A stretch of DNA of 64,000 nt from Candidatus Micrarchaeota archaeon (GCA_016212475.1 JACRGC010000001.1:9862-73861), one strand, 5' to 3'. Numbered from the stretch's first letter, positions 1-9,784 are shown. Program-made: numbers and translations. Notes: generated from the letters alone by a model not told the origin.

Positions 1-63
1 TAAAGAAAGTATTAGGGGGCTAAAGTTACGAATCTTAGCTACGCCCTTGAACTTGGAATTTTT

Positions 64-537
64 ATGCAATCACTTCCCGATGCGGGTATAACCAAAGTTG
101 TTGGCCTAATCGAAGTCCTCCACGACCATGGCAGCGAGGACGAAACCGTTAAACTGGCCGAATATTTGCAGCTAGACCTTGACGCCCTCCTTCCGGTTGT
201 GGAAGCTGGCGAAATGCTTGGGATGATAACGGTTTCCGGCGGGAAAATCAAGCTAACCGAAACTGGTTCGAGCCTTATTGGCAATAAGATATCGGACCGC
301 AAGGCAACCATTGGGAAAAAGGTGGCATTGCTCGAGCCATTTAAAAAACTCCTAGAAATCCTAAAAACCAAAAAAAACGGAAGGATACAAAAAAAGGCGC
401 TCCAAAAAATACTTAGGCAAGACCTTCCAAGGGAATCCGCCGACAAGACACTCTCAAAGCTAATAGAGTGGGGCAGGCACGTTGACCTGATTGGCTACGA
501 GTCGGATTCGGAAGAGCTGTATTTGGCAAATCCCTAA
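64..537 (+). CDS. hypothetical protein (possible AAA-associated / ABC-ATPase C-terminal-like domain)
   Basis: Intact 157-aa ORF starting at ATG 64 with an in-frame TAA at 1-3. Motif VVGLIEVL...LDLDALLPVVEAGEMLG weakly recalls the AAA-associated domain. No confident family. Confidence 0.35.
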   Translation: MQSLPDAGITKVVGLIEVLHDHGSEDETVKLAEYLQLDLDALLPVVEAGEMLGMITVSGGKIKLTETGSSLIGNKISDRKATIGKKVALLEPFKKLLEILKTKKNGRIQKKALQKILRQDLPRESADKTLSKLIEWGRHVDLIGYESDSEELYLANP

Positions 538-720
538 ATATTGATATTAGCCTCTTGCGCGCGCTGGAATGCGCGAAATTATAACCGGCAATCGATTTCA
601 AATGCAAATTACCCCCTCTTTTCTGACAGTACTTGCCCAAATCCAAAAAACCAGCTGGTTTTTTCAAAGATAACGCTTAAATTGCCAAGCCGCTAAATAA
701 TTCCGCTTTGGTGAAAAATT

Positions 721-1188
721 ATGGAAAAAACTTTGATACTTTTAAAGCCGGATTGCGTTTCTAGGGATCTTGCCGGATCGGTAATTTCAAGATTTGAAAA
801 AAAAGGCCTAAAAATTGTTGGCCTAAAAATGCTTCAATTGAACGATTCGCTTCTTGATGAGCACTACTCCCACCTCAAAGGCAAGCCATTTTTTGCGGGA
901 ATAAAAAAATTCATGAAATCTGCCCCAATCATTGCAATTGCCCTTGAAGGGCTCGAATGCGTTGAGGTTGCAAGGGCAATGTGCGGGCCTACAAATGCAA
1001 GAAAAGCTGCGCCCGGAACAATCAGGGGCGATTATTCCTTATCCGTCCAAAGCAATATTTTGCACGCATCCGACAGTTTGGAATCCGCCCAAAAGGAGCT
1101 CAAGAGGTTTTTTTCCAAATCCGAGCTTTTCAGCTATGAAAAGGCAAGTTTTGCATCAATTTATTCTGAAGATGAAAAAAAGGGATGA
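721..1188 (+). CDS. ndk: nucleoside diphosphate kinase
   Basis: 155 aa. N-terminus EKTLILLKPDCVSRDLAGSVISRFEKKGLKIVGLKM matches the NDK fold and its conserved ...IKPD...RGL.G.II.RFE.KG... pattern. Confidence 0.9.
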   Translation: MEKTLILLKPDCVSRDLAGSVISRFEKKGLKIVGLKMLQLNDSLLDEHYSHLKGKPFFAGIKKFMKSAPIIAIALEGLECVEVARAMCGPTNARKAAPGTIRGDYSLSVQSNILHASDSLESAQKELKRFFSKSELFSYEKASFASIYSEDEKKG

Positions 1189-2638
1189 ATGGATGCTAAC
1201 CGATTCCTTGCTATCCCAGATCTGGAGCAAAAAAACCAAAAACGCCGCAAAAATCCCAATATCCTCCCTCAAATCCCGGAAAGTTTTTTCGGGCTTCAAT
1301 GCCATAACCGATGCGGTTGTAAAATTCAGCAGCTCCGATTTTGAATCCGAGCTCAAAAACTGCAATGCGATCAAACTCCAATCCTTGATGCATAAGGGCA
1401 AAGCTCTTGCATCGATCGAAACCAAGGAGGAATTCTTTTTTGCATTCATCCAAATGTTTTCGAAAGGAAAAGCGCTCGAGCTTCCAAGCAGCAATGAAAA
1501 GCTTTTTTCATATTTCAAGCTAAAATTCAAGGAAAAGCTCCGAATGGGCGGCCAGGCGGGCATCATTGCAAACCAGCTTGCAAGGCTTGGCCTCAATTCC
1601 GTATGCTACGCCCCCCTCATTTCAAGGCAGCAGGCAAGATTATTCCTTCCGGGCGTATTTTTCCCCTTCCTGCAATACGGCAATTTAGCCTACAAAAAGC
1701 CAATTGCCTGCATTAGGGATTTGGATGATACAAAGACAAATTGGATTTTTGAATTTGGCAAGGGCGATAAGCTTAAGTTCAATGGAAAAACAATAATCTG
1801 CCCAAGATCCAACCGCTTAATAGTTGCCTCGCGGCCTAAAGCGTACCTTCCCTTGTTTGAAGATGCCCTATTGTCCTACCTTCCAAGCATTTCCTCCTCC
1901 TTCAATTTATATTTCCTTGCGGGTTTTTCATCCTTCCAAATTACAATGCAAGGCAGGCACTTTAGGCATTATCTCCATAAATTGCTTTGGCAAATCACGC
2001 AGCTGAAAAAAAATAAAAATGCAAAATTGCACCTGGAATACGTTGCAATCCATAATCCCGAACTCGAATCAGCAATTTACCCATCCCTCCTTCCTTTATT
2101 CGACAGCTTTGGCATTAATGAAGTCGAGACAATGCATTTCCTAAAAATGACCGGCGATAATTACTTATCAAAGCAGATAGGGCGCCACGAATCGCCGATG
2201 AATTTTTACCTTGGAATAAGGCGGATTTTTCACAAATTCAAATTGAACCGGCTCCACGCCCATACGCTCGGATATTTCTTCTTGCTCTTAAGGAAGGAAT
2301 ATGTAGGACTCAAAAGCCCAAATGATTTTGTCAGCTCATTGCTTTTTGCATCAAGGGTTGCTGATGCGCGGGCTTCCCTTGGAGTTGCGGCATCAATTCA
2401 CGATGTTTTGAAATTTGGGGATTTGAAAATGTCAAAAATCGGAATAGATGCAATGAATAGCTTTGCAAATGAATTCATAAAATCAAAGCCCCAAAGGCAA
2501 AAATTCCTTCTAAATGGCTATTTTGAAATCGACGACCATTTTGTCATAATGGTCCCAACATCAATTGTTCGGGCAAAATCAACTGTTGGGCTTGGGGATA
2601 CGATCAGCTCAATTGCGTTTGCAAGCGAACCGCTTTGA
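1172..2638 (+). CDS. ADP-dependent glucokinase/phosphofructokinase family sugar kinase
   Basis: The reported ORF starts at 932 but its first 240 nt overlap ndk in another frame. The first plausible ATG is 1172, 17 nt before the ndk stop, or 1193. Motifs MGGQAGIIANQLA and C-terminal VGLGDTISSIAF (ribokinase-superfamily GXGD) are typical of archaeal ADP-GK/ADP-PFK. Confidence 0.7.
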   Translation: MKKRDEWMLTDSLLSQIWSKKTKNAAKIPISSLKSRKVFSGFNAITDAVVKFSSSDFESELKNCNAIKLQSLMHKGKALASIETKEEFFFAFIQMFSKGKALELPSSNEKLFSYFKLKFKEKLRMGGQAGIIANQLARLGLNSVCYAPLISRQQARLFLPGVFFPFLQYGNLAYKKPIACIRDLDDTKTNWIFEFGKGDKLKFNGKTIICPRSNRLIVASRPKAYLPLFEDALLSYLPSISSSFNLYFLAGFSSFQITMQGRHFRHYLHKLLWQITQLKKNKNAKLHLEYVAIHNPELESAIYPSLLPLFDSFGINEVETMHFLKMTGDNYLSKQIGRHESPMNFYLGIRRIFHKFKLNRLHAHTLGYFFLLLRKEYVGLKSPNDFVSSLLFASRVADARASLGVAASIHDVLKFGDLKMSKIGIDAMNSFANEFIKSKPQRQKFLLNGYFEIDDHFVIMVPTSIVRAKSTVGLGDTISSIAFASEPL

Positions 2639-2734
2639 TTTTGAATAGCCTTGCCCGAATAATCAATTGGACTTTGCGAAATTCCCAATCATTTTTTCAA
2701 TAAACCAACTTCAATTGCCACTCCATTTTTCCGT

Positions 2735-3802
2735 TCAATTCCCAGCAGAATTGATTGCAAGGCAGCCTTTTTTCAGGAACAAATCGTTCACATTTACGCA
2801 AGCGGTATAGTTGCCGGTAGAAACTGCAACATCATACAAGCACTGGTCGCGCACAATCCCAAACGTTACGATTTCATAGCAAAGCGTCTGGTTGGAATCC
2901 TTTGCCGCAATGAACCTAAAGCAATCCTCCCTTGTGGAATTTGCCAAAATCCTATAGCAAAGCGCTTGATTGCTGTTTGCCTTTGCAATTTGCCAATAGC
3001 ACTGATCCTTTATTGTCTGATTCGATTCAATCCTTGCGCAAACACTTGCCTGCTCCCTTGCAATGGCAACTGTTAGGAAGCACGAATTCATCAAATAATT
3101 ATCGCCAGTAATTTTTGAGCAAAGATTTTCGTTGCTGTTCCTAATCCCCAGCTCGAAATTGCACTTGTTCTCAAGCGGGGAATCTATCCCATCGCAATCA
3201 GGCGGCCTGTTAAGTGAAATCGCATTCAAATAAAGGCAATCCTCCCTGCCCCCAATGCCTGCAATTTCAAGGCATATGCTTGAATTGCCGCTTGCCTTTG
3301 CAACTTCCCTAGCGCAAGCATCCCTAGACGCTTTGTTTTCGACCCTTTGGCAAGCAACCGTGCTGTTGGCTTTTTTGGCTATTCCCATGAAGCATTCATC
3401 AATTTGGGCCCTTTCCAAATTATAGCAATTGAAAATATTTCCCTCAATCCCTTCAATTGCAGAATGGCATTTGCCCCTGCTAGTCAAAGACACTTTGTCG
3501 CAAAGGGAAAGCTTCCTTGTGCTGTTTGCAATTTCAATTAGGCATCTGTCCTTGAATGGCAAATCCAGTTTGTTGCACCCAATTTCATCGCGGATTTCAA
3601 CTGCCTTATCAAACAGGCAATCCTTCACAAACTGGTCCTCCAAAAGATTGCAAAAAGAATACGCATCCGATGCATTTGCAGCAGGGGCGGATGCATTTTT
3701 TCCAATGGTCTTATTTTTTGCGGGTTCGTTATTTGCTGTGCAGCCAAGCATTAGGAGCGCAATCAAAACCACAATTCCGGCCCTTTGCATTTTGAAAACC
3801 AT
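2735..3802 (-). CDS. secreted/lipoprotein-like cysteine-repeat protein
   Basis: N-terminal signal peptide with a lipobox-like LLMLGC. The rest is about 10 degenerate ~30-aa repeats, each with a conserved Cys spacing (..C.L.....C...IA.....), plus many N-x-S/T sequons. Confidence 0.5.
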   Translation of the reverse strand: MVFKMQRAGIVVLIALLMLGCTANNEPAKNKTIGKNASAPAANASDAYSFCNLLEDQFVKDCLFDKAVEIRDEIGCNKLDLPFKDRCLIEIANSTRKLSLCDKVSLTSRGKCHSAIEGIEGNIFNCYNLERAQIDECFMGIAKKANSTVACQRVENKASRDACAREVAKASGNSSICLEIAGIGGREDCLYLNAISLNRPPDCDGIDSPLENKCNFELGIRNSNENLCSKITGDNYLMNSCFLTVAIAREQASVCARIESNQTIKDQCYWQIAKANSNQALCYRILANSTREDCFRFIAAKDSNQTLCYEIVTFGIVRDQCLYDVAVSTGNYTACVNVNDLFLKKGCLAINSAGN

Positions 3803-3805
3803 TTT

Positions 3806-4156
3806 TTATAGGAGTTTTAGCTTCCCTGTTATCGGATCCAGTTTCTTTTCATCATCAGGGCCAAGCGCAATTGCAGTCATGCTTCCCGCATCAATTTGCG
3901 TGTGCCCGGCGTCCCGAATCACAACGGAAACTATTTTCCTTTTTTTTGCTTCCAGATAAATTTCCCTAAGCTCCTTTTCCCCCTTGACCTTAAGGACGAC
4001 TTTTTTTTGGCCTTCCCTCCACCACTCCTGCGCTTTTTCGGGGTTGGCAACTGCCGATTCAATGTATCCTTCAACGGATGCGTGCGAGGCTTGCGCTGCA
4101 ATTTTGCCCTTCCCCATTTCCAAATCCGTCCGGATCACAATTGCCTGCTTTAGCAT
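3806..4156 (-). CDS. pth2: peptidyl-tRNA hydrolase, archaeal type (Pth2)
   Basis: 116 aa. MLKQAIVIRTDLEMGKGKIAAQASHAS is the canonical Pth2 N-terminus. Confidence 0.85.
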   Translation of the reverse strand: MLKQAIVIRTDLEMGKGKIAAQASHASVEGYIESAVANPEKAQEWWREGQKKVVLKVKGEKELREIYLEAKKRKIVSVVIRDAGHTQIDAGSMTAIALGPDDEKKLDPITGKLKLL

Positions 4157-4174
4157 ATGCCTTTCACCTTCAAT

Positions 4175-4930
4175 TCACGAATTGATGTATTTTAACGCTT
4201 CCTCAAAATCCATTTTTGCTCCGTTCTTTTCAAAAAATTTGAGCACATTCAAAAGATCGCGCCTAAGGAACTCCTCGGATTGGGGATGGTGCAAAAGAAC
4301 CGCCTGCCCAACATCAATGATGTATGGCATTCCCTTATGCATTATCACGTTGAATTCGCTCAAATCCACGTGCACGATTTTTGCCCGGTGCATCCTTTGC
4401 ATGTTCTCCAAAACCTGACCTAGGATTTTTTTTGGGGAATCCATTTGCGCGTTTTTAAGAAGGCCCGACGGAACTCCGTTTTCGCCTAAAAATTCCATGA
4501 CAACAACATTATCCCTATGCTTGATTGGCCTTGGAACCCTAACCCCCGCTTCATGGCAGATCTTAAGGTTTGCAAACTCCTTTTTTGCAAAAATCTTGAC
4601 CATGTGGCGCTTGCCCCTTGGCCTATCGAACCTCTTATCCCCTTCCAGATACTGCAATTTTTTCTGGAACGATGGGCCTTCCAATTTGAATATCTTGACT
4701 GCAACAAATTCCTCCCTCCCATCATGATTTGCAGTTCCCCTATAAACCGCAGCTTCCTTCCCGTGCTGGATTGGATAATCCAGGGATGAAAAAATTTCGT
4801 TGTTCATCAGGTATTTGAGCGTCTTGATTGTATTGTCATCAAATGCCCTTTCCGAAAATTTGAGCTGATGCTCCTTGATCATCTTATCCGATCTTTCCGG
4901 CCGCTTCCTTGTGCTAAGTTTCATTGCCAT
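4175..4930 (-). CDS. rio1: RIO-type serine/threonine protein kinase
   Basis: 251 aa with RIO motifs: GKEAAVY, LVHVDLSEFNVIM, YIIDVGQAV. Confidence 0.85.
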   Translation of the reverse strand: MAMKLSTRKRPERSDKMIKEHQLKFSERAFDDNTIKTLKYLMNNEIFSSLDYPIQHGKEAAVYRGTANHDGREEFVAVKIFKLEGPSFQKKLQYLEGDKRFDRPRGKRHMVKIFAKKEFANLKICHEAGVRVPRPIKHRDNVVVMEFLGENGVPSGLLKNAQMDSPKKILGQVLENMQRMHRAKIVHVDLSEFNVIMHKGMPYIIDVGQAVLLHHPQSEEFLRRDLLNVLKFFEKNGAKMDFEEALKYINS

Positions 4931-5023
4931 AAATCCAATTTCCCCAAATTAATCCAAAATTGCAACTTTCATTCCAATCATTATGCTTTTTGCAGCTCTT
5001 AAATTGCTCCTCCTATCTGAAAT

Positions 5024-5875
5024 TCACTTTCCGAGCGCAATTTTTGAATAAATCCTTTGCATCTCAAGGGCGTCGTTTTCAATTTCGGGGCTTTCCGAAA
5101 TGATTGTCCCGGAGCAGTTTTTTTCAATCAATGCGCCTGCAAGCAAGTTGAAATCGGGCGATTTTGATGAGATTGGCAGATGCCTTCTCTCGCCCTTTTC
5201 CGTATATTCGATTCCCTCAAAATGTATGTGCATGGCTTGGAGGTATTTTTTGCCAAACCCTTCAATTTCGTAAATCTTATCCAAAAAATCCGCCTTTGTT
5301 TTCAATTTCCCATTTTCCCTTGCATGCAAATGCCCAAAATCCACGCATGGGTTGACTTTTTCCATCCCGAATTCATTTGCAACCGAAAAATTCTCCTCGA
5401 TTGTCCCAAATTGCGCAATTTTTCCCATGCATTCGGGCGCAAGCACAACTCCTTCGATTTTACTATTCTTCATCTCATCCAAAATCATCCCGACCTGCTC
5501 GATCATGTTCCCAATTGCAAGTTTCCTATCCGTTTTCCCATAGAACGCCGGATGGAATACGATTCTTTTGGCGCTTGCAATCCCTCCAATCCGCGCGCTT
5601 TCAAATATTCGAACCCGGCTGGCATCTCGTTTTTCCTTTTCTTCCGAAAGTAAATTGATGTAATATGGGGCGTGCACGGAAATTGCAATATTTTGCTTCC
5701 TTGCAACTTCCCCAACCCTTGCAGCAGTATCCTCCTTCATCCTAACTCCCTGGACGAATCCCATTTCAAGCGCGCCAAGCCCAATATCCCTTGCGCATTC
5801 AATTCCCTCAATCGTATCTCCCTTGCACCTAAGCGGAATTCCCGAAGGCCCAAAAATAAATCCCATAACGCTCAC
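5024..5875 (-). CDS. xylose isomerase-like TIM-barrel protein (AP endonuclease family 2 / endonuclease IV-like)
   Basis: 283 aa. Start MGFIFGPSGIPL plus His/Glu-rich metal-site segments (HAPYYINL, FHPAFY, MHIHFEG) fit the Endo IV / sugar-phosphate isomerase fold. Confidence 0.5.
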   Translation of the reverse strand: MSVMGFIFGPSGIPLRCKGDTIEGIECARDIGLGALEMGFVQGVRMKEDTAARVGEVARKQNIAISVHAPYYINLLSEEKEKRDASRVRIFESARIGGIASAKRIVFHPAFYGKTDRKLAIGNMIEQVGMILDEMKNSKIEGVVLAPECMGKIAQFGTIEENFSVANEFGMEKVNPCVDFGHLHARENGKLKTKADFLDKIYEIEGFGKKYLQAMHIHFEGIEYTEKGERRHLPISSKSPDFNLLAGALIEKNCSGTIISESPEIENDALEMQRIYSKIALGK

Positions 5876-5976
5876 ATCATTGTTAATTTGCAGAAGTTAA
5901 TCAATCTAGCGCATCCTAGCCAATAATGCCCTAAAACGAAAGGATATATAATTTTTCCTCGTAGTTTATATCAGGT

Positions 5977-6651
5977 GTGAACATGCCCCAAATTACTTAC
6001 CTTGGACATTCGGCATTTGTTGTCGAATTCAAAAAAAAGACAATCCTATTTGACCCGTGGCTTTCCATGGACAATAGCAGGATAGTGCCTCCCGCATACG
6101 ATGCTTCCCACGTTAGGGCCTCCGATGTGCTATTCCTCTCGCACGAGCATGGCGATCATTTCAACGCCCAGGATGTCAAGCGAATTTACGAGCGAACCTT
6201 TACCCACGTTGTTGCCCCCGAATCGGTTTTTGAGCAGATTTCAATTCCCGAAAACAGGAAAGTGGTCGCATATGTTGGCGATGAATTCAACTACCAAGGG
6301 CTTGATGTCAAAGTGATGGAGGCTAGGCATCCGCAGTCGCAAAACCCCGTTGGCTACACGGTTTCGGACGGATCAGAAAGCGTCTATTTTGCCGGCGATA
6401 CCTACGATTTCCATGGGCTAAGCCAAGCTAAAGCGGATGTTTGCATGCTTCCAATCGGCGGAACCTACACAATGGATGTGATTGGGGCGCTTTCGGCAAT
6501 CAAAAAAATTAGGGCAAGCCATTTCATCCCAATGCACTACAATACTTTCCAAAATATCCGTGTCGACACATACGATTTTGAGCGCAAGGCAAAAAAGGAA
6601 ACCAAATCCCAAATCCATGTTTTGCCGGTTGGACATTCAGTTCAAGTATAG
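5977..6651 (+). CDS. metallo-beta-lactamase fold metal-dependent hydrolase (UPF0173-like)
   Basis: 224 aa. ITYLGHSAFVVEF..., HEHGDHF (HxHxDH motif) and PIGGTYTMD are typical of this family. Confidence 0.7.
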   Translation: MNMPQITYLGHSAFVVEFKKKTILFDPWLSMDNSRIVPPAYDASHVRASDVLFLSHEHGDHFNAQDVKRIYERTFTHVVAPESVFEQISIPENRKVVAYVGDEFNYQGLDVKVMEARHPQSQNPVGYTVSDGSESVYFAGDTYDFHGLSQAKADVCMLPIGGTYTMDVIGALSAIKKIRASHFIPMHYNTFQNIRVDTYDFERKAKKETKSQIHVLPVGHSVQV

Positions 6652-6916
6652 CGGATCTATCCGAAAAACCGTGCAATTCTTTTTCCAATCCCTGCCCATT
6701 ATTTCCTATACTCCCAAACCTCCTTCTTCTTTTTCTTCAAATCCGGAAAACTCAAAAACCAGATGATTACAACAATTCCAATGGCAATCATTACGATAGT
6801 TTTTGAGTCAGGCAAATCCATTTTGCATCCCATTCAATTTATTCCAAGAATCCATCCAATTTCCATCAATGCCTATTCCGAGTAATTATTTAAACCCTGC
6901 TTGCTTTCTATATCTT

Positions 6917-8041
6917 ATGCCAACTAGCCCCTCGAAAATCAGCCCGTCAAAATCCGAGCCGCAAAAAGCGCTTCCGCCCTACAAAGGCCCAATCCCAAAT
7001 TGGCTTTTGATCAGCTTTGTTGCAATTGTTGCTGTAATTTTCGTGCTTGTTTACATCCAATCAAAAACCCCTTCCCAGATAAAGCCAATTCCCCAGCCAA
7101 CACTTGAACCAACTATAAAACCAACCCAAACCTTAACCCCAACCCCTTCGGAAATTCCCCTAGCAACAATTGCCCCAATTGAATATTCGGGCTGCAGCCA
7201 ACTTGCCAAAAGCATAACCCTCAAAAACGACCTGGAAACAAAAAGCTCCTGCTTTACAGTGCTCAAGGAAGGCATTACAATTGATTGCAACGGCTTTAGA
7301 ATAATTGGCAAAGGAACCCAGAATTCAACTGCAATCTATTCCGAATTCCCAAAAACCACAGTCAAGAATTGCCAAATCAGCAATTTTGAAATCGGAATTC
7401 GTCTGCGGAATTCGCAAGGTAACGTAATGGATTCAAACACTTTCTCAAACAACTTTGGCGGCGCCCTCATTGAGGATTCATCGGAAAATTCAATTACAAA
7501 CAACCAATTCTTCAACCATTCGCAAGTCGCCCTCTTCCTTGGAGAAGTCACAAACAGCAAGGTGGATGGGAATTTCTTTGATAATGGCAACAAATATGGG
7601 CTTCAATTAGTAACTTCGCACGACAATGAAGTTTCCAACAATCAGATTTACCGGTTCAATTTCGGCTTCCAGCTAACCAAATCCCGGGGCAATTCCATCA
7701 AGTTCAACAATGTAAGCTTCAATTCCGCAGGGATAAAGTTAACCGATAGGTCATCGGGAAACAAATTCACATCAAATTACATCTCATCAAACAAGCAGAT
7801 GGGCCTTCACGTCCTTGATTTTTCCCAGGGCAATATATTCGAGAAGAATACGATTGTCCTAAACGAATATGGCGCAAACATCAGGGATTCGAACGACATA
7901 TTTTTCAACAACAATTATGCCTGCAGCAACACAATTGAGGATGTGGAATGCAGTTTTGCCTCCCTTAATGCCACTGGCAACATCTGCACTCTTCGGGCAA
8001 CCACCTGCGGATTTGACTGCATACAAAAATGCACTAAATAA
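6917..8041 (+). CDS. membrane-anchored right-handed parallel beta-helix repeat protein
   Basis: Reported ORF starts at 6803 on TTG. The in-frame ATG at 6917 is preceded by the A/T box aattatttaaa about 25 nt upstream. One TM helix (WLLISFVAIVAVIFVLVYI), a Thr/Pro linker, then more than 8 tandem PbH1-type repeats (..N.I.GN.F..N..G..L..S..N.I..N). Confidence 0.6.
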   Translation: MPTSPSKISPSKSEPQKALPPYKGPIPNWLLISFVAIVAVIFVLVYIQSKTPSQIKPIPQPTLEPTIKPTQTLTPTPSEIPLATIAPIEYSGCSQLAKSITLKNDLETKSSCFTVLKEGITIDCNGFRIIGKGTQNSTAIYSEFPKTTVKNCQISNFEIGIRLRNSQGNVMDSNTFSNNFGGALIEDSSENSITNNQFFNHSQVALFLGEVTNSKVDGNFFDNGNKYGLQLVTSHDNEVSNNQIYRFNFGFQLTKSRGNSIKFNNVSFNSAGIKLTDRSSGNKFTSNYISSNKQMGLHVLDFSQGNIFEKNTIVLNEYGANIRDSNDIFFNNNYACSNTIEDVECSFASLNATGNICTLRATTCGFDCIQKCTK

Positions 8042-8090
8042 GCGAATTCAAGGTTCAAATTAAGCATATTAAATCTAAACTTTGCCCGCT

Positions 8091-8108
8091 GCTAATTTTT
8101 TTAGTTTT
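8091..8108. terminator. T-run between convergent genes (archaeal terminator-like)
   Basis: gctaatttttttagtttt between the 3' ends of the beta-helix gene (+) and the KaiC-like gene (-). Confidence 0.3.
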
Positions 8109-8119
8109 CAATTGGCAAA

Positions 8120-8818
8120 TTACCTAAGGGATTCCCAAAGCAGCTCCTCCCTTGAATTGACTTCGATTCCCCTATCCGAAATTTCAAACGGATGCACCGC
8201 CTTATCGTTTGCTGTCCCCCTCATTTTCCGGACAAATATTGATCTGTGCGGAGGGAAAAAATACATCATGATTACCCCATCGGTTAGGAATTCCTCAACG
8301 CCAAACCTTGATAGCTCGTCTTTTTTCCCGGAAGTTTCGCATGTCAGTATTGTTGTCACATCCATTTTCCTTAGCTCCTCAATTAGGTAATACATTGCAA
8401 GCCGGATTTTGGTCACATCCCCAAGCCAAAGAGAAAAAGCGGTTATGGAATCAATCACAAGCCTTTTTGCGCCCATCTCCTTTGCCTTCTCAAGTATGCG
8501 CTTTGTTTGCCCTTCAATATCATCCTTCATTGCAATTGATGGCTCGAACTTGTAGATTTTTAGCATGTTCTCCTTTTCAAGGGGGAGAAGATCCCATTTG
8601 AATCGCTGCATGTTCCACCATAAATTGTGCGCGCCCTCCTCAAGTGTTATGTACGCGCCTTTTTCACCGTAAAGCTTTGCGCCATTGTATAGGAATTGCA
8701 TGCAAAGGATGCTCTTCCCGCAGCCCGGCCCTCCGGATACGAGTATGCTCGAGCTTTCAGGGAATCCTCCTTCAATGAGATCATCTAGCCCGGGCACTCC
8801 GGATTTAATTCTATTCAT
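8120..8818 (-). CDS. KaiC-like / RecA-superfamily ATPase
   Basis: 232 aa. SGVPGLDDLIEGGFPESSSILVSGGPGCGKS (Walker A) and LVIDSITAF (Walker B-like) match the single-domain KaiC/RadB family. Confidence 0.8.
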   Translation of the reverse strand: MNRIKSGVPGLDDLIEGGFPESSSILVSGGPGCGKSILCMQFLYNGAKLYGEKGAYITLEEGAHNLWWNMQRFKWDLLPLEKENMLKIYKFEPSIAMKDDIEGQTKRILEKAKEMGAKRLVIDSITAFSLWLGDVTKIRLAMYYLIEELRKMDVTTILTCETSGKKDELSRFGVEEFLTDGVIMMYFFPPHRSIFVRKMRGTANDKAVHPFEISDRGIEVNSREELLWESLR

Positions 8819-8828
8819 AAAAAAATCA

Positions 8829-9332
8829 TCAAATACTTAATTTGCGAAATCTAAGGTTGGATACCATCAGGATGGTTGCCAATAATAGCGCGTAGGGCGC
8901 AAGCACGTGCGAGAAGTAAAACACAAACAGCACAAGAAAAGCAGCTGCGGGAATTGGAAGGCCAAAATACGCGTTCTTTTCCTTTTGTATATTAAACGCT
9001 GCCAATCGAATGAACCCTGCGCAAACGTAGCAGATTGCAAATACCAAGCTTAATGTGGCATAAGAATCAGAAAGCACAATTGCTGCTGGAGCCACTCCAA
9101 ATGAGACGATATCTGCAAGGGAATCGAGCTGTTTTCCAAATTCATTGCTCTTCCCAGTTTCCCTTGCCACTTTGCCATCGAGGTAATCAAAAACACCTGA
9201 AATTAATACAAATGCAATTGCCGCAATTGGGTTATTCGAAAGCGCGTAGTATATTGACAAGAATCCGGATGCGCCGTTTGCAAGCGTTAGGAAATCCTTT
9301 GCCTCGAGTGTTTCTATTGCATCGTGGATCAT
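8829..9332 (-). CDS. CDP-alcohol phosphatidyltransferase (archaetidylserine/phosphatidylserine synthase-like)
   Basis: 167 aa, multi-TM. Signature D-G-x2-A-R-x8-G-x3-D-x3-D is present as DYLDGKVARETGKSNEFGKQLDSLADIVSF. Confidence 0.8.
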   Translation of the reverse strand: MIHDAIETLEAKDFLTLANGASGFLSIYYALSNNPIAAIAFVLISGVFDYLDGKVARETGKSNEFGKQLDSLADIVSFGVAPAAIVLSDSYATLSLVFAICYVCAGFIRLAAFNIQKEKNAYFGLPIPAAAFLVLFVFYFSHVLAPYALLLATILMVSNLRFRKLSI

Positions 9333-9470
9333 GCACTAATTTCTCAAACCCTGCTTAAAAAACTTCCCTTATGGCTTCTTCGAGGCATTTTCTAATATTA
9401 TAAAGCTTTCTTGCAATAACAATTGCGGGCCTGCAGAAAATGAAAGTTCTGCAAAGGGCTTGTACATGAA

Positions 9471-9784
9471 CCTTTTCTTTCTCCTTCAGAAAGAAAAGCC
9501 CTCCGGAAAAGAAAGAGGGCTTTTGCCTTGAAGATTGGGGAAAAGTTTCATCAAAGAAGCTCAGCCTGGTCTAGAGCGCCATCGAACCTTTTTTCTTTCC
9601 CGAAAGAAAAAAGCACTCCGGAAAAAAGAAAGGGCTTTGTTTTCGTGAATTAGAAAAAAAGGGTTTGGCGTAAGTCTTATACGACGGCATTGCGCGTTGC
9701 AATGCTTGACTAGGAGAACTGGATGTCCCGGGAGACCTTTTTCTTTCTTCTTTGAAAGAAAAAGCCCTCGGAAAAAGAAAGAAG
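9471..9784. repeat. three degenerate copies of a ~55-nt double-hairpin element
   Basis: Copies at 9471-9524, 9587-9644 and 9736-9784. Each has ttttctttc..gaaagaaaa and gccctcc..gagggc inverted repeats. The region is intergenic between divergent genes. Confidence 0.5.

Noticed and set aside
39-446. 135-aa minus-strand ORF
   Set aside because: Entirely antisense to the better-supported plus-strand ORF 64-537. Low-complexity translation.
932-1171. 5' extension of the ADP-GK ORF through ndk
   Set aside because: It lies in an alternative frame of the well-supported ndk gene. A real start is at 1172 or 1193.
3429-4418. Several plus-strand ORFs (176, 79, 85 and 144 aa)
   Set aside because: They overlap the Pth2 and Cys-repeat genes on the opposite strand and have no motifs.
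9471-9784. Possible CRISPR array
   Set aside because: The repeat units are not identical, the spacing is irregular (about 115 and 150 nt), and each unit is itself two hairpins. No cas genes are nearby.
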